A stretch of DNA of 64,000 nucleotides from Eledone cirrhosa (lineage: Eukaryota): NCBI GenBank assembly GCA_964016885.1, contig OZ024745.1, positions 71,362,001 to 71,426,000 of the forward strand. Direction: 5' to 3'. Positions 41,501-56,745 of the stretch are shown piece by piece; the stretch's first letter is position 1, and each line of letters opens with the position of its first letter. The translations under genes and the position numbers were made by a program. Below the pieces are notes generated by a model. The model ran no database searches. It had not been told where the DNA came from and was given only the letters and a program-made list of their open reading frames with translations.

Positions 41501-42649
41501 CTGTGCGCTTATGTTAGTTGATATATTAAATTATCTATATTTATCTCCAAATCACTGATTTGTCGAGCAAACTTGTCAAAACCACTTCTAAAAAAATTTT
41601 TTTTGGGGTGTTAGTAGGCGTCAGTCATCTTACCATCCCATTCCTTCTAACTAGCCTCTGTGTCACGTGATTGATTCTTTAGAATCGGCCATTTGACTTG
41701 AAGCAGTGAGAATTTCGGTACATAGAATCCAGTCCTCGCAAGCTGTTCGATCTACCGAATTATTATTATTTTTATATGAGCCGCCAGTGTCCGCGCATTG
41801 CCTGGAGACTTAACTGAGAATAGACTTCCTGATGACGCAATGAATTCTCGACAGTTGCATTACATAACTGTCTTTATCCCATTGCAGAAACTAATTAGTT
41901 GGAGTGAAAATTTAAGTAAGAAAAAAATTTTTTTTAAATTTTTTTTAAAAAAATATTTTCTTATTTTACGTCCTTTATATTATTGTTCTGCATTCTCCTG
42001 CATTGAACCACCTAGGTACTATGACATAACCTGTGTATTTGCTGGCATGGGCGTGCATCTGTGCGCTTATGTTAGTTGATATATTAAATTATCTATATTT
42101 ATCTCCAAATCACTGATTTGTCGAGCAAACTTGTCAAAACCACTTCTAAAAAAATTTTTTTTGGGGTGTTAGTAGGCGTCAGTCATCTTACCATCCCATT
42201 CCTTCTAACTAGCCTCTGTGTCACGTGATTGATTCTTTAGAATCGGCCATTTGACTTGAAGCAGTGAGAATTTCGGTACATAGAATCCAGTCCTCGCAAG
42301 CTGTTCGATCTACCGAATTATTATTATTTTTATATGAGCCGCCAGTGTCCGCGCATTGCCTGGAGACTTAACTGAGAATAGACTTCCTGATGACGCAATG
42401 AATTCTCGACAGTTGGATTACATAACTGTCTTTATCCCATTGCAGAAACTAATTAGTTGGAGTGAAAATTTAAGTAAGAAAAAAATTTTTTTTAAATTTT
42501 TTTTAAAAAAATATTTTCTTATTTTACGTCCTTTATATTATTGTTCTGCATTCTCCTGCATTGAACCACCTAGGTACTATGACATAACCTGTGTATTTGC
42601 TGGCATGGGCGTGCATCTGTGCGCTTATGTTAGTTGATATATTAAATTA

Positions 42650-42656
<7 letters not shown>
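38569..42656 (+). repeat. 7.3 x 558-bp tandem array with one HHR per unit (retrozyme/pLTR-like), inserted in (TA)n
   Basis: Exact 558-bp period (ORF track starts 39008, 39566, ... 42356). The units look identical by eye except for G>C at 41300 and 41858. TA microsatellite flanks both sides. Confidence 0.95.
39034..39115 (+). ncRNA. Type I hammerhead ribozyme of the 558-bp unit (copies start at 39592, 40150, 40708, 41266, 41824, 42382)
   Basis: ACTTC-CTGATGA-cGCAATG aattctc GACAGTT ggattacat AACTGTC tttatcc CATTGCa-GAAA-CTAATTAG-TT|GGAGT. Canonical core, 5-bp stem I, bipartite stem II, palindrome ACTAATTAGT and GUU triplet; predicted cleavage after 39110. Confidence 0.85.
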
Positions 42657-42731
<75 letters not shown>

Positions 42732-43039
42732 ATATCTGCATTGTTCCTATACAGATTGCTTCATCTACTCACAAAAGTAACTTCGCAAAATATTTGAAAA
42801 CAATGTCCTGAGATTTATTGACAGAGTTAAAATATTACATCTACGAGAAATGACACAACGGCAATCAATAGAATTATAAGCAACTTACACGGTTTGGCCA
42901 CAATCAGACGCTCAACTTGTAATCTCTCTAATCTCTATCGTGGGGGGAGGCGTAATAACTGGAAAGAGAAATCGCGGGTGCACCAAGGTAAATAAAGAGA
43001 CAGAGACCTTAACTATTAGCACACGTTTAGAGCGGTTAA

Positions 43040-43390
43040 TCGATTTTAATCAACCCCAGTACTTGACTAGTACTTTATTTTATCGAACCCGGGGGATGAA
43101 ATGCAAAGTTGATCTCAGCAGGATGTGAATTCTGAACATAAAGAGCCGGAATAATTACTGTCAAACATTTGCACGATGCTCTAAAGATTCTACTATCCTA
43201 ATAATACTTTCTACTGTTGGCAGAAACCCAGTAATTTTGTGGAGTGAAAATGCCGATTAAATTAACCCATTACTTGACTGGTACTTTATTTTATCGACCT
43301 TTGAAAGATGAAAGACAATATTGACCTCGTCAGGATCTGAACCGAGAACCTAAAGGGCCGTAATTAAATACCACATGACATTCTTCCGAT
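43040..43390 (-). mobile_element. Two diverged SINE family A-like copies in tandem
   Basis: TACTTTATTTTATCGA..GATGAAA..GCAAAGTTGA(T/C)CTC..GGAT.TGAA motifs occur twice. Confidence 0.7.
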
Positions 43391-43996
43391 CAACGGCTCT
43401 CACTTCAGGATAATACAAAATGATAAAACTATATATACTGCAGTGACGGTGCGTGACTATGTAGTCGTGGTTCTAGGGTCACGGTTGTAACACCGTGAGT
43501 TTGAATCTCGACGCTGCGTTGAGTCTTTGAATTGGACGCCTTATTTCATGTTCACTCAGCTGAATAAAAAAATTATTTGACCCGGTAATTGAAAGGATAA
43601 GCCATGTCACATCTTATAACACACTGAATCTCCAAAGGTGTCCAAACAACTGGAACACTCGTAATCCAAAATTAACGGACGTCTCATAACACCATTTTAC
43701 AGTATTCTTACAATGTTGCCCTACATTTTTTTTGTTATTTCAGTTCACACCTGACAGTTACCCATTCTCTACTGTGACCCACCACACCTACAATCCACCT
43801 TACCTACCCACTTCCTCAAATTAGATTGTAGCAGTTGTGAAGGGGAAAGTAGTTTGTCAATACATTTTCTACACACTCACACATACCATATTTACTGATC
43901 AACTGCAACAACTAGCTAAATATGGTAACGAATGATATATATGTGCGTAGACAGAGATGGAGGATGGGGTGGGGGAGAACGAGAAGGAGTGACAAG

Positions 43997-44075
<79 letters not shown>

Positions 44076-44397
44076 ACAGACAGAGCTCTGTATATATTAT
44101 CATGTATGCAAAACACGCCGTCATTTATACAGAGCTATGGCAATTTTTCAACTCCAATTTAGTTTTGTGCAAGAAATAATTTGGCCAGCTTGGATAAAAT
44201 ACTGCTTAAAGAATTGTTATATAGAAACAAACTATTTAGATAAGAAAAACATTTAAAGTACTTCCATTTCTAATTCTGTGTATGACAGCCTTTCATCTTC
44301 CTTTTCGTCTTTCTCTCTTCTCTCACCTTGTTTATTGTTGTTGTTATTATTATTATTATTAATAAATAAAGAAACTATTATTATTAAGATTAAGGTT

Positions 44398-44730
44398 AGG
44401 GCAGCGAATTGGCAGTATCAGTAGAGCGTCCGACAATATGCTTTCAAACATATAGTTACGGCCCTTTAATTCTGAGTTCAAATACTACTTAGGTTAGCTT
44501 TGCCTTTCATCCTTACGAAGGTCAATAAAATAAAGTACCAGTAACACACTGGCGTTGATTTAATCGACAACTCCCTTCAAATTGTTGGCCTTGTGCCTAA
44601 ATCAGAAACCATTATTACTATTATTAAGATTATGGTTAGGGCGGTGGATTGGCAGTATCGGTTGGACGTCGGACAACATGGCTTACAGCATAGAGTTACG
44701 TCCCTTTACGTTCTGAGTTCAAATCCCGGT
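44398..44730 (+). mobile_element. SINE family A full copy plus head-only copy
   Basis: 44398-44615 is complete. 44638-44730 contains the A-box and B-box only. Confidence 0.85.
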
Positions 44731-47034
44731 TACTGTGTTATGTCCATGGTCAAAAGGTCGTAGATTTTAATCCCACTCAGTGAGTACATTGTTTTTTCCC
44801 TTGACCAAGGCACTTCATTTTACTCAAGTGAAAATGAATACTAACGTTGCAAAGGACTTACATCCTCTTCCGATGAAAACTCCGAATTTACTGCAACCCA
44901 TGTAGCCATATAAAAAACGTATGATAACTCTAACCTTTTAAATGAGTACGAGGCATCAGCGTAAGGTCATACATTTTGGCAGGGGTTTCATTATATTACT
45001 GGTACTTATTCTAGCCAATGAAGGTACCTCTACCTTGACTTACTATAAATAGAAGACAAATTTCTCTCAAATTACAGTCTATCGTCTTGAAAAAGAAATT
45101 ACACTTTGGGTAATACAGTCTTAGATATATTATGTCCAAAATGAAAATACGGAATGATCAATGACCATACGTTTCCTAGATCAGAATAGGACCTGGTATT
45201 AAACAATAATAACAACAACAGCAATAACTACAGTAACTTTCGCTTAGGATGGCGGCAGCTTTCTTACATTACGGCTTACTCCTTACCAGCCATAACTTTA
45301 AATTCTACTTCTTTCTTCCTTCCTCATTCCCTTCCTCTCTTCTTCTCTCTTTTTTTCTCTATATTTCTCTCTCGTTCGCTTCTATAATTCTTTACCCGTT
45401 ATTTCTTCTATTGAAGTGTTCATGCAGAATTTCTTCATGACAGTTTGAATTATTCCTGTTTGTATAGTATAAGGTCAATTCACATCTAGCAATTTATTTC
45501 AAAGTTTATATATATATATATAAAAATCTAGTTGCACCATTTATAATGTAAATTCCTACAATGTATGTATGTTTACCTAATTTTACACATTCTTCAACAC
45601 ATTTGTATTTCTTTCTTTCATGGTAAATATTTCTAAAATTTATAACAAGCTACAAGTGTTAGGAAGAGGGCAGAGCCCTTTAAATCTATTCCACTACTCT
45701 TTATCTTATAGCCCTTGCAAAGATGAAAGCAAGCATCAGATTAAAATACCTTGTGATTCTCTGCCTTCTGTGAGACCCACTCTCCCTTTCATTCCTTCGT
45801 GATGAAGAAATAAATTAAAGTGTGAAATGGGAGAACGGAAGGGACGGAGGCAGTGTCAGTAGGAGTTTGGTTCCATTGTATTTGGACCTGGTATATATGT
45901 ATATATTTATTTACCACACCACATTAACTGTATATAAGGTATATTATTATAGCTTGATATATTAATAAATTATATAGTTACATTTCATGTTGGTAGATCA
46001 GCGGAATCCTTAGATTGCCTTGAGATATCTGTTTCGGCTTTGTGGTTCCTGAGTTTAAATCCCTCATCCTATCATCTGAAATATTGTAACATGATATGAA
46101 AAAGGCCCTTTATCTTTAATACACCCAAGAATTTCCTATGAGATGGAACATCATGGGAGTCGGCTTAACTTTCACATGTATGTGGTGGAGTAGTGTCTTG
46201 AAAAATGAAGCCTCACTAGAAAATACATACGTGTTTTTGGACCACCATTGCTTCCAACGACAACTGTTCCAGTTTTTTTAACAACAGAGCAGCATGCTCG
46301 TGAAATTAACGTGTAAATAGCTGAGTTTTCAACTGACACCTGTATCCTTAACGTCATTCTCAGGGAGATTCACAGTATTTAACAAGGCTTTCCTTTTGAA
46401 TATCAGATACAACTCATTTTTCCCAGTCAATTGAACTGGAGCAACGTGAAATAATGTGTCTTACTTAAGGTTACAATACGCCGCTGGGAATCGAACTCAT
46501 ATGTTGGACACGTCTAACCCTTAAGTCACTCGCCTTCACTCATTATCAGACTACCCATATATTTAAGATCTTCTTTAACTCTTATATTTGACCCGTAAAC
46601 AATTGATATTGCGCATTGTTTTTGGCAACCAAGGTGTTAGAATATTCCAGAAAACATCAAATAAGTTATAGGTCCGAAAGTCATAGGTTCATAAAGTTTA
46701 TAGATTCATCTATCATTTTCTTATAGATTTGATGAAATTGCTCCATGACTTTTATGTTGTATTTTATTTTCAATATATAACAGCAATGAGTGGTCTTCCA
46801 TGATTAATCTATATAAAAATATCTGTTGTTTGAAGAAACCTTCAAAACATAAGTCTTTACGTTGTCGTTTAACAAATTTGAATGGAAGCCAAATTTTCTA
46901 ATATTTGTCTAAAACTAGAACTAATCTGATAACAAGTACTAGACAGGATTGAACATTCTCGTAACTAGATTAATACCAAAACTGCGAAAAGAAGAGCTAA
47001 TATTATATTGATTTATTTGAATTGAATATATGTG

Positions 47035-49255
<2,221 letters not shown>

Positions 49256-49289
49256 ATGGAAAAACCTTTTTCCCATTACCATTACAGGA

Positions 49290-49374
49290 GGTCTGACGAG
49301 CCGCGGATTACAGAGTCGGGTCAGATCGATACAGATCGAACCTTGGGCTGATCAGTGGCGAAACGCACGTCACC
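49290..49374 (+). ncRNA. Type I hammerhead ribozyme with long loop II
   Basis: GGT-CTGACGA-GCCGC...GTGGC-GAAA-CGCACG-TC|ACC, with AATAAA 4 nt later. It lies in a (TA)n-flanked island. Confidence 0.75.
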
Positions 49375-49589
49375 AACCAATAAACGTAATGAAGGAGTAA
49401 CCAATCGTTATTGTTATCTTATTTAATTATAATACACTCTGTATAGCTCTACACCTCGACACTGAAGTGAACCTAAACATCGAGTGCTCACCCGGATGAA
49501 CCTACAGTAACTCCAAGTTACACTCCCTGGATATATATATGTGTGTGTGTGTGTATATATATATATATGTATGTGTGTATATATATATA

Positions 49590-49790
49590 TAATAAAATGA
49601 GGGTTTTTTAATTAAAAAACCAGATGTCCTTCACGGGTGAAAGTATAAGGAAAATAAATCGAAAATGCAACTGAAGTCTTTTTAAGAATATTTATTTATT
49701 TCCTTTACTGGTTTCACAGTTTTTATGCTTTTTAAAAGTATAATTGAGATGAAGGGTTTGTGGTTTGTGGTTTGTCTCGCATCTCATATG
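49590..49790 (-). mobile_element. Decayed copy of the Neptune-like pLTR end (degenerate HHR)
   Basis: Matches 4655-4860 (AAATCGAAAATGCAACTG..CCTTTACTGGTTTCACAG). Another copy lies at 60376-60520. Confidence 0.75.
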
Positions 49791-49854
<64 letters not shown>

Positions 49855-49945
49855 CAGAAGTGATTGTTTTGGTAAAAAGAGGAGTAAGCAGGAGAAAGCT
49901 CTCAACAATCGTAGTTTTTAGTTATGATGGAGAATTTTATAAAAA

Positions 49946-50636
49946 TGACAAAGTAAGATGCTGAGGTTACATATATCGTTTAATCATTATTATTATTTCC
50001 ACGGTTCTCCATGCAATCGAGATGCATTTGTTGTTGTTATAAGAACGGTAGCATCAAAGCATGGCGTCCAACCCTCTACCGATACTGCCCAGTATCGGTA
50101 GAGGGTTGGACGCCATGCTTTGATGCATAGAGTTACGGCACTTACCATTCTGAGTTCAAATCCCGCCTAGGTTAATTTTGCCTTTCATCCTTACGGGGTC
50201 GATAAAATAAAGTACCAGTAATGCACTGGGATAATTGCTGGCCTTGTGCCAAAAGTAGAAACAATTATAATTATTTCCACGGTTCTCCATACAATCGAGA
50301 TGCATTTGCTGTTGTTATGAGAACGGTATCCGATATGTTTGATATGTTGCTGGAAGGAAAAAACACACGTCCTATTGTGTGCCCAGAAAATATATGAGTT
50401 CCTTGAAGGGTTTGCCAGCCGTCGTGTTTGCTAGAAAAAGCTATCAACGAAAAAAACTGGGCACACAAGCAATAGGACGTGTCTTTTTCCCTTCCAGCGA
50501 CATATCAAACATATCGGATTTCATCTGAGGATACCGTTCTCATAACAACAGCAAATGCATCTAGATTGCATGGAGAACCGTGGAAATAATTATAATGATT
50601 AAACGATATATGTAACCTCAGCATCTTATTTTGTCA
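49946..50636. mobile_element. Fold-back/MITE-like element with long inverted arms, interrupted by a SINE
   Basis: TGACAAAGTAAGATGCTGAGGTTACATATATCG... versus ...CGATATATGTAACCTCAGCATCTTATTTTGTCA. The arms continue inward to GTGTGCCCAG / CTGGGCACAC. Confidence 0.75.
50051..50269 (+). mobile_element. SINE family A with 37-bp inverted 5' duplication and 59-bp flanking direct repeat
   Basis: 50051-50087 is the reverse complement of 50090-50126. 49992-50050 is repeated at 50270-50328 with 3 mismatches. Confidence 0.85.
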
Positions 50637-50743
50637 CTTTTTTTTAATACATTCGTATGCAGTTCAAATATTCATTTTATGAAGGCTAAACAGTGAGTCT
50701 TGTTACTCAGGAGTTTCGCCTGCTTATCACACGTGTGTGTGTG

Positions 50744-50844
<101 letters not shown>

Positions 50845-50862
50845 CACACTTTATATCCATAT

Positions 50863-50921
<59 letters not shown>

Positions 50922-50923
<2 letters not shown>

Positions 50924-51099
50924 CGAAGGAAGTGTGGTAAGCAACCAGGTGGACCATAACGCACCAGAGTACTCGATACTCGTAGAGTGGGTAATAGGAA
51001 AAGAGTCAGGACCCCGATGGCTGAGCTCCGGCCGTTTCGACAGCTAGATCCGAACTCGACAGTTCGGATCTAGCCGTCGGGGACCTGACTCTTTTCCTA
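50922..51099. mobile_element. (TA)n-embedded pLTR-like fragment with nested hairpins
   Basis: 50922-50985 matches the reverse complement of about 27050-27120. ATAGGAAAAGAGTCAGG..CCTGACTCTTTTCCTAT encloses a GCTAGATCCGAACT..AGTTCGGATCTAGC hairpin. Confidence 0.6.
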
Positions 51100-51121
51100 T
51101 ATATACATATATATATATATA

Positions 51122-51197
<76 letters not shown>

Positions 51198-51530
51198 GAA
51201 GTACGCTACCAGGTGAAGTATATGATAAAGTTATATCTGTCTAAATATAGAGTGGGGTCCGAGACTGCACCAATGTGTATAAATATATACACATATCTAT
51301 TTTGGAAGCATGCAAACATGTTAGATAATACGAATTTCCCCGTGAATTGAAAAAATGATAAATATCTTTAGTCGATTTGGGGATCTTATTGGATTCTCAT
51401 AAGAAGACGTGTATATTATCCAATCAACCACAAGGAAACATGCATTTGAAAGGTACATATATTCATTCACTCTTAGTAGTATTCTACATTGGATATAGAT
51501 GTTACAGTCTCGGTTACACAGATATAACTT

Positions 51531-51575
<45 letters not shown>

Positions 51576-51664
51576 AATGTAAACTCTTCACATAAGAATG
51601 TAAACTCTTCACAAGTATCTCAGAAGACTGAATAGTGTGCGTATATTTTTACTAATTTTACACG

Positions 51665-51736
51665 CACTGATGAGCAAAAGAATTGGTAATTATCTTCACA
51701 ATTAAATTGCGAAACAGCATCACCGAAGGCTGTCTG
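51665..51736 (+). ncRNA. Type I HHR (true hairpin stem III, weak stem I)
   Basis: CA-CTGATGA-GCAA..AATTG..CAATT..TTGC-GAAA-CAGC atcaccgaag GCTG-TC|TG. Confidence 0.65.
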
Positions 51737-52889
51737 GGGGTCTGGTACTTACCATAATATCGGTTTGTATTTATTTTCTTGATTTATTCTTAAATTGAGT
51801 CTGGCAAACCCTATTGTTCATAGTTAGTATCTTTTTCACCCTAGCGAATCTGGTCCCTTACGATTTGAACACATATATGTATATATTTGTGTTTATCTCT
51901 CTTTTATATTTAATTATACTATACGGCTCAGAAAAATCTCTTTCCTTGAGCTATTTAATTGTAAGAGACTATTTTGAGTTTTTAACTCAATATATACCTT
52001 TGATATATAAAAATATATATATATGGAAACGTGTGGGAGTGTGTTAATGTGTCCGTATCAGTATATATATGTTTACTGTTTGTTCGGGTCTCCTAACTAA
52101 GCGATTCGAAACACAGAGCACGTCAAATTAGTACCAGCTTCAAAAATAAATGCAGTTGTCGATACGTTTGACTAAATCATTCCAAGGCCACTGAAACTAG
52201 TAAAAAGAAATAATTCCTTTACATTGGTGTAACCCCACAGAGAAGAGAGGAAGAGCTACTATATATATTTGATTTAATCGATCTTAATACTTAATTGGTA
52301 CTTATGTTATCGATCCCTACACAAAGAATAATGGGAGTACTGTACTGCCAGCTCCCCAGAACTCCTTCATCACACTTTCTTATCAGGAATCAATACTGCA
52401 ACGGTTCGATATTTTAAGTCATGTGACATACTATGTAACTAAGGTGACCAGTTGTAGGAGTGTTTGGGGTCTCTGATCTCTCAGTGCAAATCCTACCGAT
52501 GTCAGCTTTGCCTCTCATTCTTCTGGTGTCGATAAAGCAATTTATATATATATATACACAGTGAGAGAAACAGAGAGAGGAGAGAAATAAATAGCTAGCT
52601 AGCTAGCTATATACATACATGCATACATACATAGATACATACATACATGTACAGATACAAAGCATATATACATTCACACATACAACTCAAAACATACACA
52701 TCCACACATACAATAACATCCATATCTACACATGCATGCATACATACATATCTACCTAGTTGATGTGTAAATTCCAATGAGAGAGTCTTGTGTCTATGTT
52801 AGAAACCGACCCTCTCTCTATTGGTAAAAATTTGTGAAATTATAAAACCAGAAGAACATACATACATACATACATACATACATACATAC

Positions 52890-53820
52890 GGTGGCTGCCA
52901 ACTCGTTTTCGAGTACGGCCACTACTTTATATCCATGTAGGAGAACCCCTACCGATGCGCTGAACGAGTGTGACTTTTTAGTCCAGCCAGCGACTTGAAA
53001 ACTCTGGTACAAACACTACACTTGTGACAATTATTGACACATAGTGCTGGGCCCATGGTTCCATGTGACGACAAGTGCAGAGAGATCTCCAGATATAAAG
53101 CAATGCCTGTGCCGTGAAGCTTTTATAGTGAGCAAAGGCACTGCACAAAGCCAGTCCCACTCTCTTAACCAAGATGATATTTACCAAAAAGAAGAACAAG
53201 TCAACATCATTGGAAACCATCAGAGTTGCAGGTGTTATATCAGAGTTTTCCTTCTCCTAGAATTCTGCCTTGACAAAGGCTAAGGGGTAATCTCGCCCTA
53301 TACATACATATATGGTGGCTGCGCGTTTTCGAGTACGGCCACTACTTTATATCCATGTAGGAGAACTCCTACCGATGCGCTGAACGAATGTGACTTTTTA
53401 GTCCAGCCAGCGACTTGAAAACTCTGGTACAAGCACTACACTTGTGATAATTATTGACACATAGTACTGGGCCCATGGTACCATGTGACGACAAGTGCAG
53501 AGAGATCTCCAGATATAAAGCAATGCCTGTGCCGTGAAGCTTTTATAGTGAGCAAAGGCACTGCACAAAGCCAGTCCCACTCTCTTAACCAAGATGATAT
53601 TTACCAAAAAGAAGAACAAGTCAACATCATTGGATACCATCAGAGTTGCAGGTGTTATATCAGAGTTTTCCTTCTCCTAGAATTCTGCCTTGACAAAGGC
53701 TAAGGGGTCATCTCTCCCGGTGATTTTGGATGGCCATTGACTCTTAAGAGCTCCTTTGCTCTTTGACAGGTTTTGTATTTAGTCCTGCAGGATGTCCAAA
53801 GTCACCCTCCTCACCAAGTA
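52890..53820 (-). mobile_element. Two tandem copies of a short RTE-derived non-autonomous element with (TATG)n tail
   Basis: Minus strand: RTE 5'UTR-like CTAGGAGAAGGAAAACTCTGA, then C-terminal C2H2 finger CSVCTRVFKSLAGLKSHTRSAHR*, a CTCG-AAAA-CGAG stem-loop and a (TATG)n tail. Copies span 52890-53320 and 53333-53820. Confidence 0.7.
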
Positions 53821-53892
53821 CATACATACATACATACATACATACATACATACATACATACATACATACATACATACATACATACATACATA

Positions 53893-54840
53893 ATCATGCA
53901 TGGATATGTTGCCAGGAAGCTCCAGATTGAGAGTAATATAGATAAGGAAAGTAGTCTATCTTGGACCAACAACCACTATATTGGCTCCCACTTTGAAGGA
54001 TACGCTTTTGCAATTCAGGAACAGGATATTAGCACGAAATACCTGATTCACAAAAGAGATAGGGATGCAGGCTAAACACCTAGATGTGATAACAAGTGCA
54101 GACTCTGCAGAACTAACATCGAGGATATCACCCATGTCATCAGCAGCTGTCCAAAGATGTCATCGCGGTACTATCTACCTATGAGGCATGATGTAGTGGC
54201 CAAAACACTGTACAATGCAGTTCGTAAAAAAGATAGCCAGTAAAAACCCCAATAAAATGCAGGTATAACAGACCAGATATTATGATATGGGACAGGGAGA
54301 AGAAAGCATGCACAGTAGTGGAAATTAGCTGCCCAGCAGATGCCAATATAATATCAAAGATTAGTGAAAATGAGAACACTTATGCAGAACTGATGAGAAA
54401 TCTGCAGATACTCCACCCTGATTACATCTTCAGATTTATGCCTGTGATTATTGGGTCACTGGAGTATGTTAGTAACTGCCTCAATACAAATCTTGAGAAA
54501 CTAGGCCTCACAGGAACAGAAAGAACACAACTAGTTAGGAAATTACAGTTACAATCGATTAATGGAACAGTAAAAATATGTAAGACATTCCAAATATTTT
54601 GCATCTAATAACTGTATATACACATATACAGATGCAAAGCATATACACATGCACACATACAACTCAAAACATACACATCCACACATACAATAACATCCAT
54701 ATCTACACATGCATGCATACATACATATATCTACCTAGTTGATGTTGTGTAAATTCCAATGAGAGAGTCTTGTGTCTATGTTAGAAACCGACTCTCTCTC
54801 TCTATTGGTAAAACTTTGTGAAATTATAAAACCAGAAGAA
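53893..54840 (+). mobile_element. R4-clade (RLE) non-LTR 3' part inserted in (CATA)n
   Basis: FEGYAFAIQEQDI, CRLC..EDITHVISSCP..RHD (CCHC), RPDIMIWD..VEISCP (PD-(D/E)xK), MPVIIGSL. The 3' UTR ends AAAACCAGAAGAA-(CATA)n. UTR-only copies lie at about 52630-52858 and 54975-55300. Confidence 0.85.
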
Positions 54841-55114
54841 CATACATACATACATACATACATACATACATACATACATACATACATACATACATACATA
54901 CATACATACATACATACATACATACAGACAGAACCAGAAGGAACTCTAGTTAGGCAATTACAAGTACAAGCCATTAAACATAACTCAAAACATACGCATC
55001 CACATATACAATAACATCCGTAACTGCACACACATGCATGTAGAAATACATACATATCTACCTATTTGATTTTCTTTAAATTCCAATGAACGAGCCTTTC
55101 ATCTATGTTAGAAA

Positions 55115-55193
<79 letters not shown>

Positions 55194-55698
55194 TCTTCCT
55201 CTCTATCTCCCTTTCTCTCTATCTCTCTTCCTCGCTCTCTCCCTCTCTCTCTTTCTCTCTCACTCTATTGATAAAAATTTATAAAATTATAAAACCAGAA
55301 TATACATATATACATACATAAACAGACATGCATAAATAACCATACATCCATATTTACAACTATACACACATACACACATACACACATACATACATACATA
55401 CACACATAAATACATACATACATACATACATATATACATACATACATACATACATAAATACATACATACACACATACATACATACACACATACACACATA
55501 CATACACACATAAATACATACATACATACATACATACATACATACATACATACATACATACACACATACATACACACATACACACATACACACATACATA
55601 CATACACACATACATACATACACACATACACACATACACACATACATACATACATACATACATACATACATACATACATACATACATACATACATACA

Positions 55699-55731
<33 letters not shown>

Positions 55732-56745
55732 TACTTGCCAGAAAATTGAGTGCATGACTGAATAGCTTTTAAACAAGACGTAAGCAAGCAAAAAGATAAG
55801 TAAAGATAAAAAGATAGGATACCTTGTTAAATGCAATATACCTGCTGCAAGATTAATAATCTGGTTACTAACCCTACAAGTGGGCTGTATTAATGTCTAT
55901 GATTAGAGCTTCTTTCTCTCTCCAAGCTATACAACATCTAAGGGATTTCCAACATCGCTTAGAAAAGAATGATGAGATAATACCCTCTGATAAGCCTAAA
56001 TGTTTCACATCGCATCTTGTTATCTAAACTAAATAATCTTCAATATTTATAAGTGGTAAAAGATCGAAAGATCTCAAAAGATCTTTTATAATATTGTAAT
56101 AAGATATTTCAAAGTGAACGGGGATTTTTGTGGGAGTGGGGGGGGGGGCTGGAGTTTTACTCCAAATTGAGATGTATGTAAAAGAAAATATGACGCAGGG
56201 AAGATATTACCGAAAAGAAGAAGGTACAATATGGTCAAATATGGCCGATATTCTTATTCTCAGCTAATAATATAATTTTTATATATTATAACTCTTCTGC
56301 CAAACGAGGGAGCCTCTACATGGTCACTCGAAATAGCAGACAAATCACACCGAAAATGGTGTGACTGTCGTGCTTGGTCCATCTTTGATCATTGGTTTGC
56401 TTAATCAAAGATGCTTAGATCCTAAACAACAATAAAAACAAAAACAACAATAACAAAGACATCAGAAATTATTGATTTTCGATAAGTTCACTACAAATAT
56501 TACCTCTATAACAGTGATCCATATCTAAAGTTTAAAAATAAAGAACACGATGAAACTGGTGGTAGTTTGTGGCGATTTACATCAGTTAAAATCTAGAAAA
56601 GTATTGTATTAATTCAAAATTTTACATTCAGTTGTTATATATTTGTAAACAAGAAGAAATAAAATATGGGGAAAGCAAAAATAAATAAATAAATAAATAA
56701 AAAACATTATAGAAACACAACGGGGGAAACATGGAAACATGATAA

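Noticed and set aside
38569-42656. CRISPR, rDNA or snRNA array interpretation
   Set aside because: There are no variable spacers and no recognisable 5S, tRNA, snRNA or SL RNA sequence, and the context is eukaryotic.
52890-52925. HDV-like ribozyme at GGTGGCTG...CGGCCACT
   Set aside because: It is only a simple hairpin with no P1.1 or P2 pseudoknot, and is better explained as the minus-strand RTE 3' stem-loop.
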